From Trichinella spiralis (lineage: Eukaryota): a DNA stretch of 64,000 nt. The translations under genes and the position numbers were made by a program. The stretch covers positions 8,721,472 to 8,785,471 of the forward strand of contig NW_003526943.1 in assembly GCF_000181795.1 (NCBI RefSeq), read 5' to 3'. Shown here one piece after another: positions 26,273-39,689 of the stretch. The notes under the pieces were generated by a model that ran no database searches, was not told the origin of the DNA, and saw only the letters and a program-made list of their open reading frames with translations. Position 1 is the first letter of the stretch. Each line of letters starts with the position of its first letter.

Positions 26273-27632
26273 TGCACTGAAACTCTGATTAAGTAACTGA
26301 AAGTTCAAAGGATGAGGTAATATTGTGTATTTACTATTGCAGAATACAGTATGCTGACAAACCTAAATTTTGTTAAATAATTCTGTAATTGTAATGCAGG
26401 GGATATTTTTTAATTTTGAATTAATTGTAAGTTGTATATATGTTTGTGAAAATCTTTAGTTGTTCAATTGATTATTTAATCAGCGGTTTAGCAGAAACAG
26501 TAGAAACTGAATTTTCTTTTATTGTTTCCTACAGAGCGCTTGTCACAGGTGATGCTGAGGTTCAAAGTTCAGTATTTTTGTTCTTTTGACAGTTTTTCTG
26601 GTGTTTTAAATCATCATTTATGAGAGTATAGTGATATACAGAAATCAGCATCATTTTTGGTGGTCTCAACGTTTATTCTGATAAACTTACACAGAAAATC
26701 AGTCAGCCGTTCAATAGCGTTTCGTGAATGGCAATTATTCTGTGAACCTTTTTGCTGACCAGTGTTCTGTCCATGTAAGAAACCATAAAAGTTATTTTTG
26801 TAATGCTGTTCTTAGCATACATTTGTTGAATGAGTTGAGGAGTTTTTGTCCAATGAAAAAAGCATTTTCTAACCAGTTGATATGACTCCTCCTTGCTGAC
26901 ATGCACGCAGCACTGCTTTATGTTTTGTATTTACAGGCAATTGCGCTTGCATGACCGCTCTTTTGAGGCTTAAGAACATTGCTATCGATATGTTCCCTTG
27001 TAGCCGACTTCGTCCCACGCTAAGTTCTGTGCGCTTCGCCATGGGATTTGATTTTACACGTGAAAAAATAAGTATTGGATAATAATAAGCAATAAGCAAT
27101 GGTATCGAATGGATATTAGATAATTTAATTGTATCAATCGATGTTGGTAATTTTGTTTGGCTTTTTCACATCACTATATACTGAAGCGTTTTACAAATGT
27201 TATATGTCTACAAAAGATTGTTTTAAAAACAATTCTCTTGTAATTATAAAACATTTTCGCACCTTTCATGTTTAGTTTTGCAATTCCAGAGTACCTTCTG
27301 TTTCACCATAAAAGCCATGGACTAAAGACAAGTACCTGTTTGTGATTGTTATTTTATTCTGTTGTTGCTTCTTGTTATGTTGTTCAGTTATCGAAGCGTG
27401 TCACTGCTTCTAACTAAATTATTAAACACTCATTCTTCAAAAATAAATTCAACTTATTGTAAAATGAATCAGTTCATTCATTATGTTACTACTCCACCCC
27501 ACAACTTTGCATGTGCAGAACTATTTCAAAATCACTATTCTTCCTCATAGAATGATGTCATAGCTCCTTCTGATTCATTATAGATTCTGATTATTTCATT
27601 AAGAATATTCAATTTCAGAAAAATTGTAAGCT

Positions 27633-27900
27633 ACTCTGATTTTACCTGCTCCCATTTTCCCAGAACCGCCTCTTTTGTATGATTGGCTGTTCACTCATAG
27701 CTTGTACGGCATTTGATCAGTAATTAGTGATTGCCTTTTGCTATTTTATTAGTTTTTCAGTTTTGATCAGTATTCGAACCATTTTACTATGTCAGAAATT
27801 GATAAATAAAAAATAAGCATAAGTCTATCACAAAATATCGATCAAACACCGTACAGCCAATCAGAAAAATGAGGTCAAATTTTAGGGGTGAAATCAGAAT
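27633..27900. mobile_element. Foldback/MITE-like element with long imperfect inverted arms
   Basis: Left arm tctgattttacc...cctcttttgtatgattggctgt...cggcatttgatc. The right arm reverse-complemented reads tctgatttcacc...cctcatttttctgattggctgtacggtgtttgatc. Confidence 0.55.
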
Positions 27901-29609
27901 AAACCTAAGTGGTCATGTAACCATTGTCGTTTACATAATATAGGGTAGAAAACTGAAATGCTGATAATTAAATTGATAAATCTCAGGTATTGCAGATGAA
28001 TGTTATATTAGGCGTCAAATTAATCTGATGATGATAGACATATCTGCACATATAGCAGCTGTTTGACCGTGACTTACTAATCTTTTGCAGCAGATCAGTT
28101 GTATTTGAACACATAAACATAATTATTTGCCAGTATAAATACTACATATAGTATGAAAATAATTTACATGCACATGAAAAAGTATAGAAAATGTTTTTTT
28201 GTTTCTCATACTGGCATTGATACACAAAAAGATAGAAATACAGTAATTCTAATTTAGGTACAAAATCTGCTTCTGATTTCAATAACAGATATTATTGTAT
28301 CTTAAATTTTATAAAACAAAAAAATCCTAAATCTTGAATAAAAATAAAAATCTTTGCTGTATCACCATGAAAATTTCATTTATTGAAAATTGAATCAAAA
28401 TGTATTTTTATTTAAAAGTTTTTATCTTTCAAAACGAATTTGCATTTACCTTAATTTATTTTAACAATTTACGTTTTCTCATTAAAAATTATCATTTTGC
28501 TCATTTTCAAATATAAATTTATTCAGAGTGATTTACTATTAGCAATATTACGTCTATCTACAGACGCATTTGGTTGCAACACAGCAACAAATCATAATAT
28601 ACGTGTCTTATTTCACATAAAATTGTAACAGAAATCATATATTAATTAGTTTCAAACTTCTTTAATTTTATCTTACTGTAGTTGTTTATATACTTGAATT
28701 GTTTTATATTATTACCACACGTGTAATGTTACATCGAAAAATGTAAATGTTGTGTTTCATCTCAAAGAGACGTGAATTACTCCCTTGTAATTCTTTCACT
28801 TTCTGCATAATACAATAATTTTTATGGTTAAAAAATATTTTAATACAGTATTACATTATTATATATTGTAACATATGATAATTATATTTCCTTTCAAAAT
28901 AAGCAAGAATTTACTTGTTAAAATAGGAAATTTTTTAAAATGACTGAATTTAAAAGCAATAAACTGCGTTTACATGTTTATGAATCATAGAAAAATAATT
29001 TTAGACCAATCATAGAATAAAACCAATTAAAGTCTTGCCAGATAAGTTTACAAGAGTACCATTTCATCTTGAATTTTTTATTACACATTTCCTTGTTTTC
29101 ATAGTACTGCTGTTTTATGCTAGATTTCAAATTGATTTCAAACTTCATTGTTAAAGATTTTAGAAAATAAAAATTTTTCACTAAAGTACTGAATGAATTT
29201 AGTAACAGGTAGGTTTATCAAATAGCCAATAAAATTCAGCCCCCAATCAGATACGACTTTCCAAAAAAGGCGTTACGATACTCAGAGTACGTGACTATCA
29301 TTAAATATACATTTATATACATAAATTATAATTATTAATATTTAAAGTAAATGTATCTGTAAAATATTGCAAATTGATAATTGTATAAACGTTATAAAAT
29401 TCTTAATACGTATTAACTTATATTTTGTTTTTTCTTGAATTTTTTTTGAAAATAACTAGGCTATAGTATGCTCCTTTAAAATTACTTGAAAATCATTTTA
29501 CCTGTATTTTAAAGCTGCGTCACATTAAAATCCTTCTGAGTATTTAAGCAGTGGTTTTTCGATTGCTTGTCATTTTGAGCAAAATTCTTTTGCTGTGCTG
29601 CGGTCTGAA

Positions 29610-30347
29610 ATGTCGGAACGAAGTGAAATTTCTGCTTCCCCTGTGGTCTTGGAATTCGTGTACCCGGCCAAGGATATTCAACGGGCTGTGGTACAAGTCA
29701 AGAATGAAAGTGATCATCGCTTGGCTTTGAAGATCAAGACTACCAACAACACCTGCTTCAAGGTTAGTTTTGTGTATGCGGTGCTTGACCCACGAGGAGA
29801 GAAAAAGCTCACCGTCGGGTGCGCACCAATTCCAGAAAACTTCAACGGTATTAGGGATGACAAAGTGGTGGTGTGCTACACAGAAATTCCAGATGGAGAA
29901 GTTGACGTTAGGGAGTTTTGGAAAACTGCGCCGCCTTTGAAAGCCATACGATTGCCGGTCATGTACAGGGCTCAAGGTGAACCGTCTGCTGAACAAGCGG
30001 CTGAAAAACCGAGTGAAGAAAAAGTTGAGGCGAAGAAGGAAGAAGCCCGGGCAGATGAACCTGAAGTGAAACCGAAGGAAAAAGAACCAGCTGCTGAACC
30101 TGAAGTGAAACCGAAGGAAGAAGCTCCAGCAGCTGAATCTGAAGAGAAGCCTAAGGAGGGAACTGAAGGAAAAGTTCAGGAAGGGGCCGTACCAAGTGCT
30201 GACAGTGAAGAAAAGCAGGTCGGAGGTGCGGCGACTGATTCTGAAGACAATGCGAATGCTGATCAGCCAGAAGCGAAGTCCAAAGAAGAAGAATCTGACA
30301 ATAAGTCAGATTCATCGGATAGCAACGCTCCTGGTGACGAAGAATAA
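29610..30347 (+). CDS. MSP (major sperm protein/VAP-type) domain protein with acidic Glu/Lys/Pro/Ala-rich tail, intronless
   Basis: ISASPVVLEF..VQVKNESDHRLALKIKTTNNTCFKV..VLDP..DKVVVCY..FWK..RLPVMY is an MSP Ig-like fold pattern. The low-complexity tail has no TM segment. Confidence 0.85.
   Translation: MSERSEISASPVVLEFVYPAKDIQRAVVQVKNESDHRLALKIKTTNNTCFKVSFVYAVLDPRGEKKLTVGCAPIPENFNGIRDDKVVVCYTEIPDGEVDVREFWKTAPPLKAIRLPVMYRAQGEPSAEQAAEKPSEEKVEAKKEEARADEPEVKPKEKEPAAEPEVKPKEEAPAAESEEKPKEGTEGKVQEGAVPSADSEEKQVGGAATDSEDNANADQPEAKSKEEESDNKSDSSDSNAPGDEE
30057..30158 (+). repeat. 39-bp coding tandem repeat (EPEVKPKE.. x about 2.6)
   Basis: Units start at 30057, 30096 and 30135: gaacctgaagtgaaaccgaagga / gaacctgaagtgaaaccgaagga / gaatctgaagagaagcctaagga. 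Confidence 0.9.
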
Positions 30348-30821
30348 AGTTTCAACTGAACCTATTTGTTACTGATCGTGACATTGTCACAATTGATCAC
30401 CTATGAATTAACTTATTTAACTTAGTTTTATAAATTATATAATTCTCAAATTATTCTCAAATTGTGCATGTTTGTACTTGCTCTGGTTCTTGGGGTTCTC
30501 TATTGGTTATGGTTTTTCATTGTCACAAATTACATTATTGCTATTATTTTAATTTTCATCACACTGTGTCACAAACAGTTGTCAAATGATGATGATACAT
30601 GATAGTAAAAATAACCATTCATCAATAAATTTTTTTCAAAATTATCAAAATATAATTTTCATAAAACTCTATAATACTAACTGTATAATTTACTAAATAA
30701 AACAAATCCAGTTATCAGTCATTCACCTTCACCAAATTGCTCTACATGTCTGAAGTGCCATGTATACAATTAAACAGATAAAATTAACAGAAACTAAAAA
30801 ACAATAACTTTTTCATGTTAT

Positions 30822-33800
30822 TTAAATACTGCCAATCGCTTTTGGAAGCAAAAATATGGGAATATATACTGCAACGGTAACTGCATGTACGAACTGAACA
30901 CCTGTCAACTTTGAGCTATAATTTCGTAACATCTTCAACATATTATGGATCCAAGTTTGTCGTTCTTCTGAATTTGGCTGAAAACTTATGAAATGAGTAA
31001 AACCTCTCACATAAACAAATAAATATGCAAACCTTCAAAACAATATAATTCCTTTTTTTCAAATATCCAATCAAACCTTCGTCATCTGCCGTATACGCAG
31101 GTAAGTATTCTCCGAGCTTGCTGCGAGTCCACCAGTCTTTTACGCGTCTATACAAATAACAAATACAAATCAATTACTACAGTAATTAATAAATGTTGAA
31201 ATTCACCTTTTTGGATCATAAGCCGTAAAATTATATCTATACATCGATGCCCGAACATATTTTGGTGTTTTAGTAAATGATTGTGCATCCATAAGATCCA
31301 GCACTGAAATAAAATATCCAATTAATATTTTCTTAAAAAATGTTTTTTCATGATACCAGCTTTAGAATTTGTTAGCAAACGGTAAACAAAACTTATAAAC
31401 CAAGGAGATTCGTCAGGCTTTTCTGTCAAAGCGGCAAACCACATCTGCCAGTCAAGGCGAGGTTGGTGAGGAACTGGAATAAAACAATAGCAAACCGAGA
31501 GAAAAAAAACTACGCAACTTCAAATCAACCTACTGTTCAGTATCGGTGCTTCGTCTACGGGACCCACTTTATATAAGAAATTATATTCAACCCAAGAACC
31601 ATTCATTGCGTTCGACCCTTCGACAATTAATTCCGGTCGCCCTTCAACTCCTGTCATGCTGAAAAATAAAACAAAATCACTAAAAATACAAATCAACCAA
31701 AATATGAAATAATCAAACCTGGAAAACAATCCATATGAGCTGCTAATTTTGTACTTTTCCAACATTTGATGAGTTTTCTTCAAATGTGTTGGATACATAT
31801 CATACATGTTGCGATCAATGTAAGAAAACGGCACCTAACAAAATCGTCCAATCAAGAACTAAGCATCGTTCAAAAATTATTACTTACCAAACTAATTGCA
31901 AAGGCTGACGATGCAACCAAGCACATCACAACACACTGAACTGCATAATAGAGTCGTCTTTTCACGCTAACATGTTTAAAATCTGCCCAGCATCTGAATG
32001 GAAATTTAAAAGAAATTACCAAAATTTCCATTTTTATGTTATGAAAAGGTGACCGAAAAAAGCACACCTCACAAACGCTGCATAGATCTCGGAAAAAAAC
32101 ATCGAAATACCATAGAAACATACAAAAGGTAGCCAGTAGGATAAGTTAGAATGAAATTTCGCTGCTTCGAGTCCTAAAATTTTCCCTCTGTTCACTGTTC
32201 CATCTCAAAAAAAGAAAAAATTTTCGACATACTCAATGAAAATTGAATGTCGCCATTTTTGACTTCTCGAACTGAAAACCATAACCAACATACATAACCC
32301 AGTAAACCGTATCCAGCAAAGATGAAACACCAACGAAAAAACGGATATTTCCATTTCAAAGTTGCTTTCCATTTGTGTGTACCTAAAAAAACACAAAATG
32401 AACTAATTAAATAAAACTGCACTGATAAAAAACATGAAAAACATGCCTATATGACTGAAACTGCATTCAACTAACATAGCCAGGCATATAACAACCGAAA
32501 GAATGTTGAAAAAATTGTAATTTCCTGTAAGGCTTATCAACAACATTTGAAGAGTCTGAAACAATGCACAACAGAGTTACAAATAACGGAAATAATAGTC
32601 AAATAGAAGAGCAAATGTCAATTCAGCTCACCAAACCATAAAATGCAAATGTTCTAAGGTGTTTAGATGGTGATAACCCAAAAAGTGGAAGAAAAATGAG
32701 AATCGTAAATGTGGCTGCCACTGAAAACTGCTTCAACGAATCAGACGCCTGATGTGCATACCATGCTAAATAAGTAGGCAAGCACTGACTTGCAAAATGG
32801 TAATGCAAAGCTAAAAGTAAAATCAAAAATTAAATAAAAACTAATCATAAGTAAAATTTAAACATTACTGTTAAATCATACCAGTCAATGACCACCAAGT
32901 TTTGTCTTGATTTAACAGTTTCGAAATTCCTGATTGAAACATCAGCCGGAAGGCAAGCCAGCGGAATAGAAACAAAGTCACATTGTCGTGTGGTAACCAC
33001 TGATTCGGGGATTTACGAACCATACGAAACGGTGCCAATAAAATTGATAAAAATCCCACTTCCAGAAGCAACATATCCCTAAAAATTAACCAACAACAGC
33101 AGTCTCGTAATGAAAGATAATCAACTGGCCATATAAATTATACCATTGAAACCACATGAAATCCTGTCCAACCTAAAGTAAAAAATTTTAACATAATTTC
33201 TTTAAATTGTACTCTAACTGTACTTTAAATTGTCAACATACCTGAACGCAAGAAAAGTACAAATACCACAGAATAAAATATATTATAGCACTTCGAAGGT
33301 ACAAGAAATAACAAGACAGCGCTGCGACAATCATGCCCAGCAAAGCAGTCGCTTCCAATGCCTGGCTGGGAGACAAGAAAAGTAAACGCTGGAAGATGTA
33401 CACAGCAGTTGGTGCTTCATTCAAAAATGCGCAATGCATTATATCTCCCTCTAAAAATACAAAAATGAAACCTAATATTTAACATTTCGAATCAATTTTC
33501 ATTATTGCAACGTTACTTTATTATCCTTGCTAATGAAAAAAATATTTCGCACTCATCCTAATAAATTCAGCGTTTACGATGTAAACTAATGTTATCACTT
33601 AAAAAGACGACGATAGAAAACAAAAAAATAACAGAAATTTGCTTAAAATCGTATAAATCATAAACTTCTACAAAAAAAATCTTACTGCATTTCAAAACCG
33701 ATCGAACAGGCAGAATTCCTTCGTCGCCATATAAACCTTAAAAACAGAAGATATAAAAATTTGGTCTGAAAAATAAAACAACGAATTCCTCGTCAAACAG

Positions 33801-34247
33801 AGAAAAGAAATTGATAAATAAAAGAATTCAATTACATTCAAAAATTAATATTCACGTATTTGTAATTTTAAAATCGAAAGAAACTTTTTAACATGTCTAA
33901 ATTAAATTTTAACCAAAAACTACTACCATCATCAACGACAAAATTTTATAAACTAAATGAATCGTTACGATTTATAAAAAATTACATTAAACAACAAAAC
34001 ATTTGAAAAATAAATTTTACTTGTCACATTTTTTCATTTTTTGATAAATATATTAAAATTTCATCAATTATATTAAAGTATTAGTTATATGAAAAAATTT
34101 CTGTTCACTTAAAATCAACTCGAATTACACACAGTTGACATTTACAATCTGCCTACCAGGAACTTGATGATAGAAAGATGCAAATGCCCAAAGAAAAACT
34201 GCCGATACCATTCGCAAAATCAGCTCACGAACTCGAAGCGGATGCAT
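30822..34247 (-). CDS. LMF2: Lipase maturation factor 2, multi-exon
   Basis: [104 protein letters not shown]. Confidence 0.93.
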
Positions 34248-35705
34248 TTTCTTGAGGTTAAACTACACAGTCCTTGAATATGTCAAGAAATGTAAAACAT
34301 AAAAATTTAACACTCTACTTGAAAAATTAGTAATTCATATAGTGTGTAATTGTATACAACAAGGGGCATAAAATTACAAAACTGCAATCAGGAAAAAGAA
34401 GAACAATAAAAATAAAATCCCATTCTAGCCAACGTGATAAGTACAGTATGTTAAATTCTCACGATCAACCACCTTCTATGTAAAACGTAGATGTAAAACA
34501 GAGCTGTATTGAAATTTCACAATTAAAAATTAAATCAGAAATATAATAAAAATAATATAATCGTTTAAAAACGAGAAAAAGTGCCCAATAATGTTTTTCG
34601 ACCAAATCGAATGCCATTGAAAACGCTATTGTATAGAAGATTATTTAAAATTTTTAGTAAAACAGTTTCAATATCAGTTCAGTTGTTCAAAAATTTAATT
34701 TACTTCCATTTAAATTTATTTACAATTTAACTGTAACTTCAATTTACTATTTCTAACATTTAGATTTAATTGTAAAATTTAATAAAACAACAATATCCAA
34801 TAAACGGTCAGTTTTTCAAGCAGTGTTATATGGAAATATATGGTCAGTTTCAAGTTGCGTGCTATTTCAATGCTAGTTAAAAATAATAATGCACTTTTTC
34901 AAAACGTAAAACATTAATCGTTTATTTTATATTTACATTTTATTGAGTCTCAAGTTGTGTTTATGTGCGCGTTGCTGCATAAGAAATATGCAAGTGAAAA
35001 TTAGTTTACACTGAAGAAGAAGAAAATGAAAATTTAAGTGTAAATAAAAACTAACAAGAATGATACAATGTGATTTAAGAGATTGAAATTATAATTGTGT
35101 ACATGCAAATCGTGTATAAACTATAGTGTAATATTACAGTAATAATAACAAGGATTAATTATTATTAATTAGAAATTTAATTATTATTTTGTTTGAAATA
35201 ATGTATGTTTGCGAATAAAATGTGAAAACGTAATTTAACTTTTCATATTTTATTAAATCTACAATTTTTCTTGCAACATTTTTACTGGTTCGTTTCTATT
35301 CATTTTCGAACGTTGTAAAAGCACACTTAATGATGACGTCAGTACACACAGTAGTAAATATATAGATATTTAATATAATAATAAATTAATTAATTACATT
35401 TTGTTTTTTATTGTTTTTCTTAATAAAAAATTGAAAAAGTACAGTTTGGAAGTTACTTGATTATTACATATTGAACATCAATCTACTGTAAAAATTAAAT
35501 GAATAAATTTCGGTTCAGAAAATTCAAATTGGTTTAAAGTATTCGATTTAATGCGTCATTATTCAGATCCAACATTAGACTGCAACATGTTAAAATCAAA
35601 ACAGTAGAAGAAAGAGTGAAATAGAAATAACAATCCTGAATACGAGCAGCTCATCGATCGATCGGTGGAAGAGATACATCTGAAAATGGACGGCGATCGC
35701 TGCTT

Positions 35706-37808
35706 TCAGTCAACTTTTGTCGAAGCAGCAATAATTTTGGAAAGGCGGGACATTTCTGACCAAAACCTGGCCAATTCAGAACTTTGATCGTCTCTCGTTG
35801 AACTTGAAGCGTTTTCGAAACTGTCGTTTTTGGAAAAATTTTCCTTTCCTCCAATTCCTTTGCTATCCTCAGCTGCGAACAGTCCCAACAGTTCATCACA
35901 TTTAATAAACGAAAGCTTATCACTGACAGGTCCCGTTTCTTCGATCATTTTAGAACTTAAACGAAAAATTAATTCTTCCTCTTTCCATTTGAAATTGCGC
36001 TCACACAAGACAATTAAAAATGCTTTCCTTGTACTTACTAATTTCGATATTCGGAAATTTTTCCAAGTTTCCATTTTACTGTACGCATAATTCGAATCAG
36101 TTCCGGATGCGACGGGTACACTGACATTGCAGTCGTCAATTTCGCCTCCGCGAGTTCATAATCATAATTTTTTATATAATAATCAGCAAGCGTGCAAATG
36201 GCTGGCAAATAGTTCGGTGCCAATTTCAAAGCATGATTCAAAGTTTGCATACCTTGCTGTTCGTGGTTATTATTAAGTAATACTTTTGCGCAAAGTGCAA
36301 GTACCGGTGCTGTGCCGCCAAGCGCGTTCATACAGTTGTGCAATGTGCTTTCGGCTTCATTTAAATTTCCATTTTTCAAAAACATGTTCACCAAAGCTTC
36401 GTATGCTTCGAATCTTTAATAATCGAACATCCAAGTTAAATCTAATACTAAACTGCAAAAAATCACTGAAAGCTATTCAAACCTGGTCCGATCCATATCC
36501 AACGTCTTGCGCAATAATGAAACTGCAGTTTCAGTACTACCTCTTTCACTCATCAAAATACCGTTGATCAGATAACCGTCAACGTGTGGATCAGATGACA
36601 AACCCTGAGCCATTTTTGCATAACCGAATGCCAGTTTTCTACTCGACCAAAATTTTGAGCAGTATGCCAAAGCGGCATACGTTTGCACAGACTCTCTGAA
36701 GTGGGTGACCAGGTGGTCCAGCACTGCTTCCGCCTCTGAGGTCTTGGAAAGGGATAGCAACAATGAAATGTACCTATCAGCATCCTACAATAATCCATTT
36801 TTGGCCATTTTAAAATTAAATATATTCAAAAACAAAAACAGGAACCTCTGGATCGTACGGATCAACGGAAAAGCACTCTTCATAATAACTGACCGCTTCC
36901 AACATCAAACCACATTCTCTGCTGACTCGAGCAAGCTGACGCAAAATCAAAGGATTTCCTTTCAACCTAGCAATCGCTTTCTTCAAATGTGCTAAGCCGG
37001 TTAATCTATTTCTTGATACAATTTCCAGTTGCGCATCAAACCAATCGTCAAACCACCACGCTCCCAACAAATCTCGAACCGTGTGGCCACTTTCAGAAGT
37101 CCAGTCGCTTATAGTCTGCTTCATTTCGTCAGGCGGTATACCCAGATTCAATAGTCGAACCAAAGTATACAATGCATACGGGAATTCAGCTTCAATAAAA
37201 CAATAAACTTTAAATTCCACGAAAAGAAAATGCTGAATAATTACAGAGGATCTCTTTGTAAATTTTAATAGCTTTGCCAATTTCATTCGTCTTATAATAG
37301 CATTCTGCTAAGCGCACAATAATCCTGCCGGAGCGATATCTCGGCGTCAGACGTTCCAATAATACAATCGCATCGTTAAAAGAACCAATTTTCATTAAGC
37401 ACTTTGCAATTCTTAATTCATCATCGGCACGAGCGTCAGTAACACTCATCGATTCCAGACTTTCCGTTATGCCTACATTGGGAAGAGCTGAAAAAGATTA
37501 TAATTTTTTAAAAAATGTTTCTGAAAATAAAAATCAAACATTAGCACAACTGAAACAATTTATTTATGTGTACTTTCCAGCTTCTTCAAATCAGGAAGAG
37601 ATTCGTCGAGAATAACTTTTGCTTTAGGAAAATAACCCTGTTCAAACAATACCAATGCATAACAGTGCATTAAACGATAGCGATCCTCTGCTTGTAAGAA
37701 ACCTAAGCACACGTCGTCTTTTGTTTTCAAAATGGATGCAAGATAAAGAACATCATCGTACATTTCACGACATGCCATTGCATATAATGCGTCCACTAGT
37801 ACAGACAT
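35706..37808 (-). CDS. ANAPC7: Anaphase-promoting complex subunit 7 (TPR protein), multi-exon
   Basis: The N-terminus MSVLVDALYAMACREMYDDVLYLASIL..RYRLMHCYALVLF resembles my recollection of vertebrate APC7, as do YKEILSEFPYAL and RFEAYEALV. TPR-like repeats follow. The apparent frame changes are explained by short GT-AG introns; the last splice is uncertain. Confidence 0.8.
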
Positions 37809-38899
37809 TCTCTCTTAAATAAAACCAATTTTACAAGGTCAACATTTTTCGACTTTGGAAAAAATCAGTGTCAAATTTCAAAGAAATAAGAAAATTTTCA
37901 ATTTGCACAAATTTCACATAAATTACAAATATTCAAAGGCAGAATGCAAATCAAGAATAACAACTAATCACTAGTTAACGCTTTCACCCTAATTTTTAAC
38001 TGGTGGTTCTAGGACGGCTTTCTACACATTAGTAGATTTGGATAATTCTTCTTACATTTACACAAACTTCAATAAATTCATATTACAATGAAGTTTATCA
38101 TTGATTCATGGAAAATGCTCTCAAATTCTTTAAAAGTCGATCAAATTAAAAACAAAAATGTTGTATAAAATTAGTGAAAACATTCAGGTTTTATATGAGA
38201 AAAAGTTTATACGAGCTTGTAAACAAAAACTGTTCAACCAAAAGAAATTGTTCAATTCAGCACAGCAAACCAATGTGTGTTGTGAATTACTTCAAAAATA
38301 ACTAAAAGAATTTAAATTAAAATCATTGGTATATAAAAGCGATAAATGCTTATAATAATATTTCAACAATGAATTCCTAATTATGAAATTTGGTAAATGA
38401 GCATTAAAGCGCTGCACAGTATGAAAGAAATAAAATAAAGTACAATTACAGTAAATTTTCAAATCAAAAAGTACAGTACATTTTAGATTTTAAAAAATAA
38501 AATGAAAAATGGTACAATATATTATTTAACATGTATTTCAAACAGTGTTAAAAATTCCAAAACTGGTTACCGTAAAAAGCATCCTCAACAATTAAGGAAG
38601 TTCATCAAACTTAACAGTGTCTTCCTCCATGTAAACTGAATATTGATGCTATTTCATTTGGAAAAATACTTACTGTTTCCACTGTTTATAATTTCTTAGC
38701 AACGCAAAGACGAACTGGACTAAAAGTGCACACGACACAGCAAATAAAAATTCTGTTAAGACTATGTTTCTTCTAGACTTATAACTGTTGATATTAAGAG
38801 TTAGCCCATTTTATTGACTAAAAAGACAAACAGTGCAAGAGTACAATTAAATAGACTCAATCAAACGGCATGTTCAAAAATAGGGTGCTGAAATCAACG

Positions 38900-39606
38900 G
38901 TCAAATCTGAAAAGCAAAGAAGATCATCATCAACATATAATCCCAGGATGATGCGAAACTCAGCTCCTGGCTCAGACACGTAGATGCAATGATCAGTCTC
39001 TGCTCTTCGCAGATCCATGGTGAGCAAGAAGTCGTAAAACCACTTGTTCTAAACCCTTGATGCTTGTTTTAATCCATATAGAGAGCTCGCTACAGCTTGC
39101 AAAGTCGTCCAGATCCATTATTACAACACTGGGGTTGATCCATGAAAATCAGTTCATCGATCTTGCCATGAAGAAACGCTGCCTTGACGTCAAATTGCAG
39201 GATTTCCAAATCCTCGTCGGTAACAAATCCAAAAAGTCAATTACATGACACTGCAAGGAAGTCAACATCATTTTCTCATCTGTTTAGATCCATCCTTCCT
39301 CTTCTCGTCAATAAGGACAAGTCTCTTCGGCAGAGACTCACTGAACTTCACATCCGTCACTTCGTCCACTCGATGCTTCTAGGCGTGTAAACTTTAAAAA
39401 TATTGTAATTCGATGCGTAGCCAACGAAAACGACTTTCCTAGCTTTTGGAACGAATTTCTTCCGATGCAGATTAGGAAAAGTATATATACATCACAGCTG
39501 AACGCCCGTAGATGTTCAATGGGTAGTCGTTTTCCAAACCATTCTTCGTACGGAGTCGTAGAAGTCTCTTTCTGATTTGGAACACGATTCATAAGGTAGG
39601 CGACCG
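38900..39606 (-). mobile_element. Degenerate Ty1/copia LTR-retrotransposon pol fragment (end of integrase + RT)
   Basis: TVAYLMNRVP..TPYEEWFGKR..HLRAF (copia integrase end), KARKVVFVGY, LQFDVKAAFLHGKIDELIFMDQP, CKL*RALYGLKQASRV*N and LGLYVDDDLL. Integrase precedes RT; stops and internal deletions are present. Confidence 0.92.
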
Positions 39607-39689
39607 TATGTACATACCATATACATACGAGCCCGGAACAAACTTTTACACAAGCTTAACAAGGCTGACTAAGCAAGCATTCTGTACAA

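Noticed and set aside
29544..29996. 150-aa antisense ORF
   Set aside because: Shadow ORF of the MSP-domain gene.
35651..37449. APC7 as a frameshifted pseudogene or programmed-frameshift gene
   Set aside because: The frame changes are resolved by short GT-AG introns, e.g. ATCCTCT|gtaatt..ttgaag|CTGAATTC.
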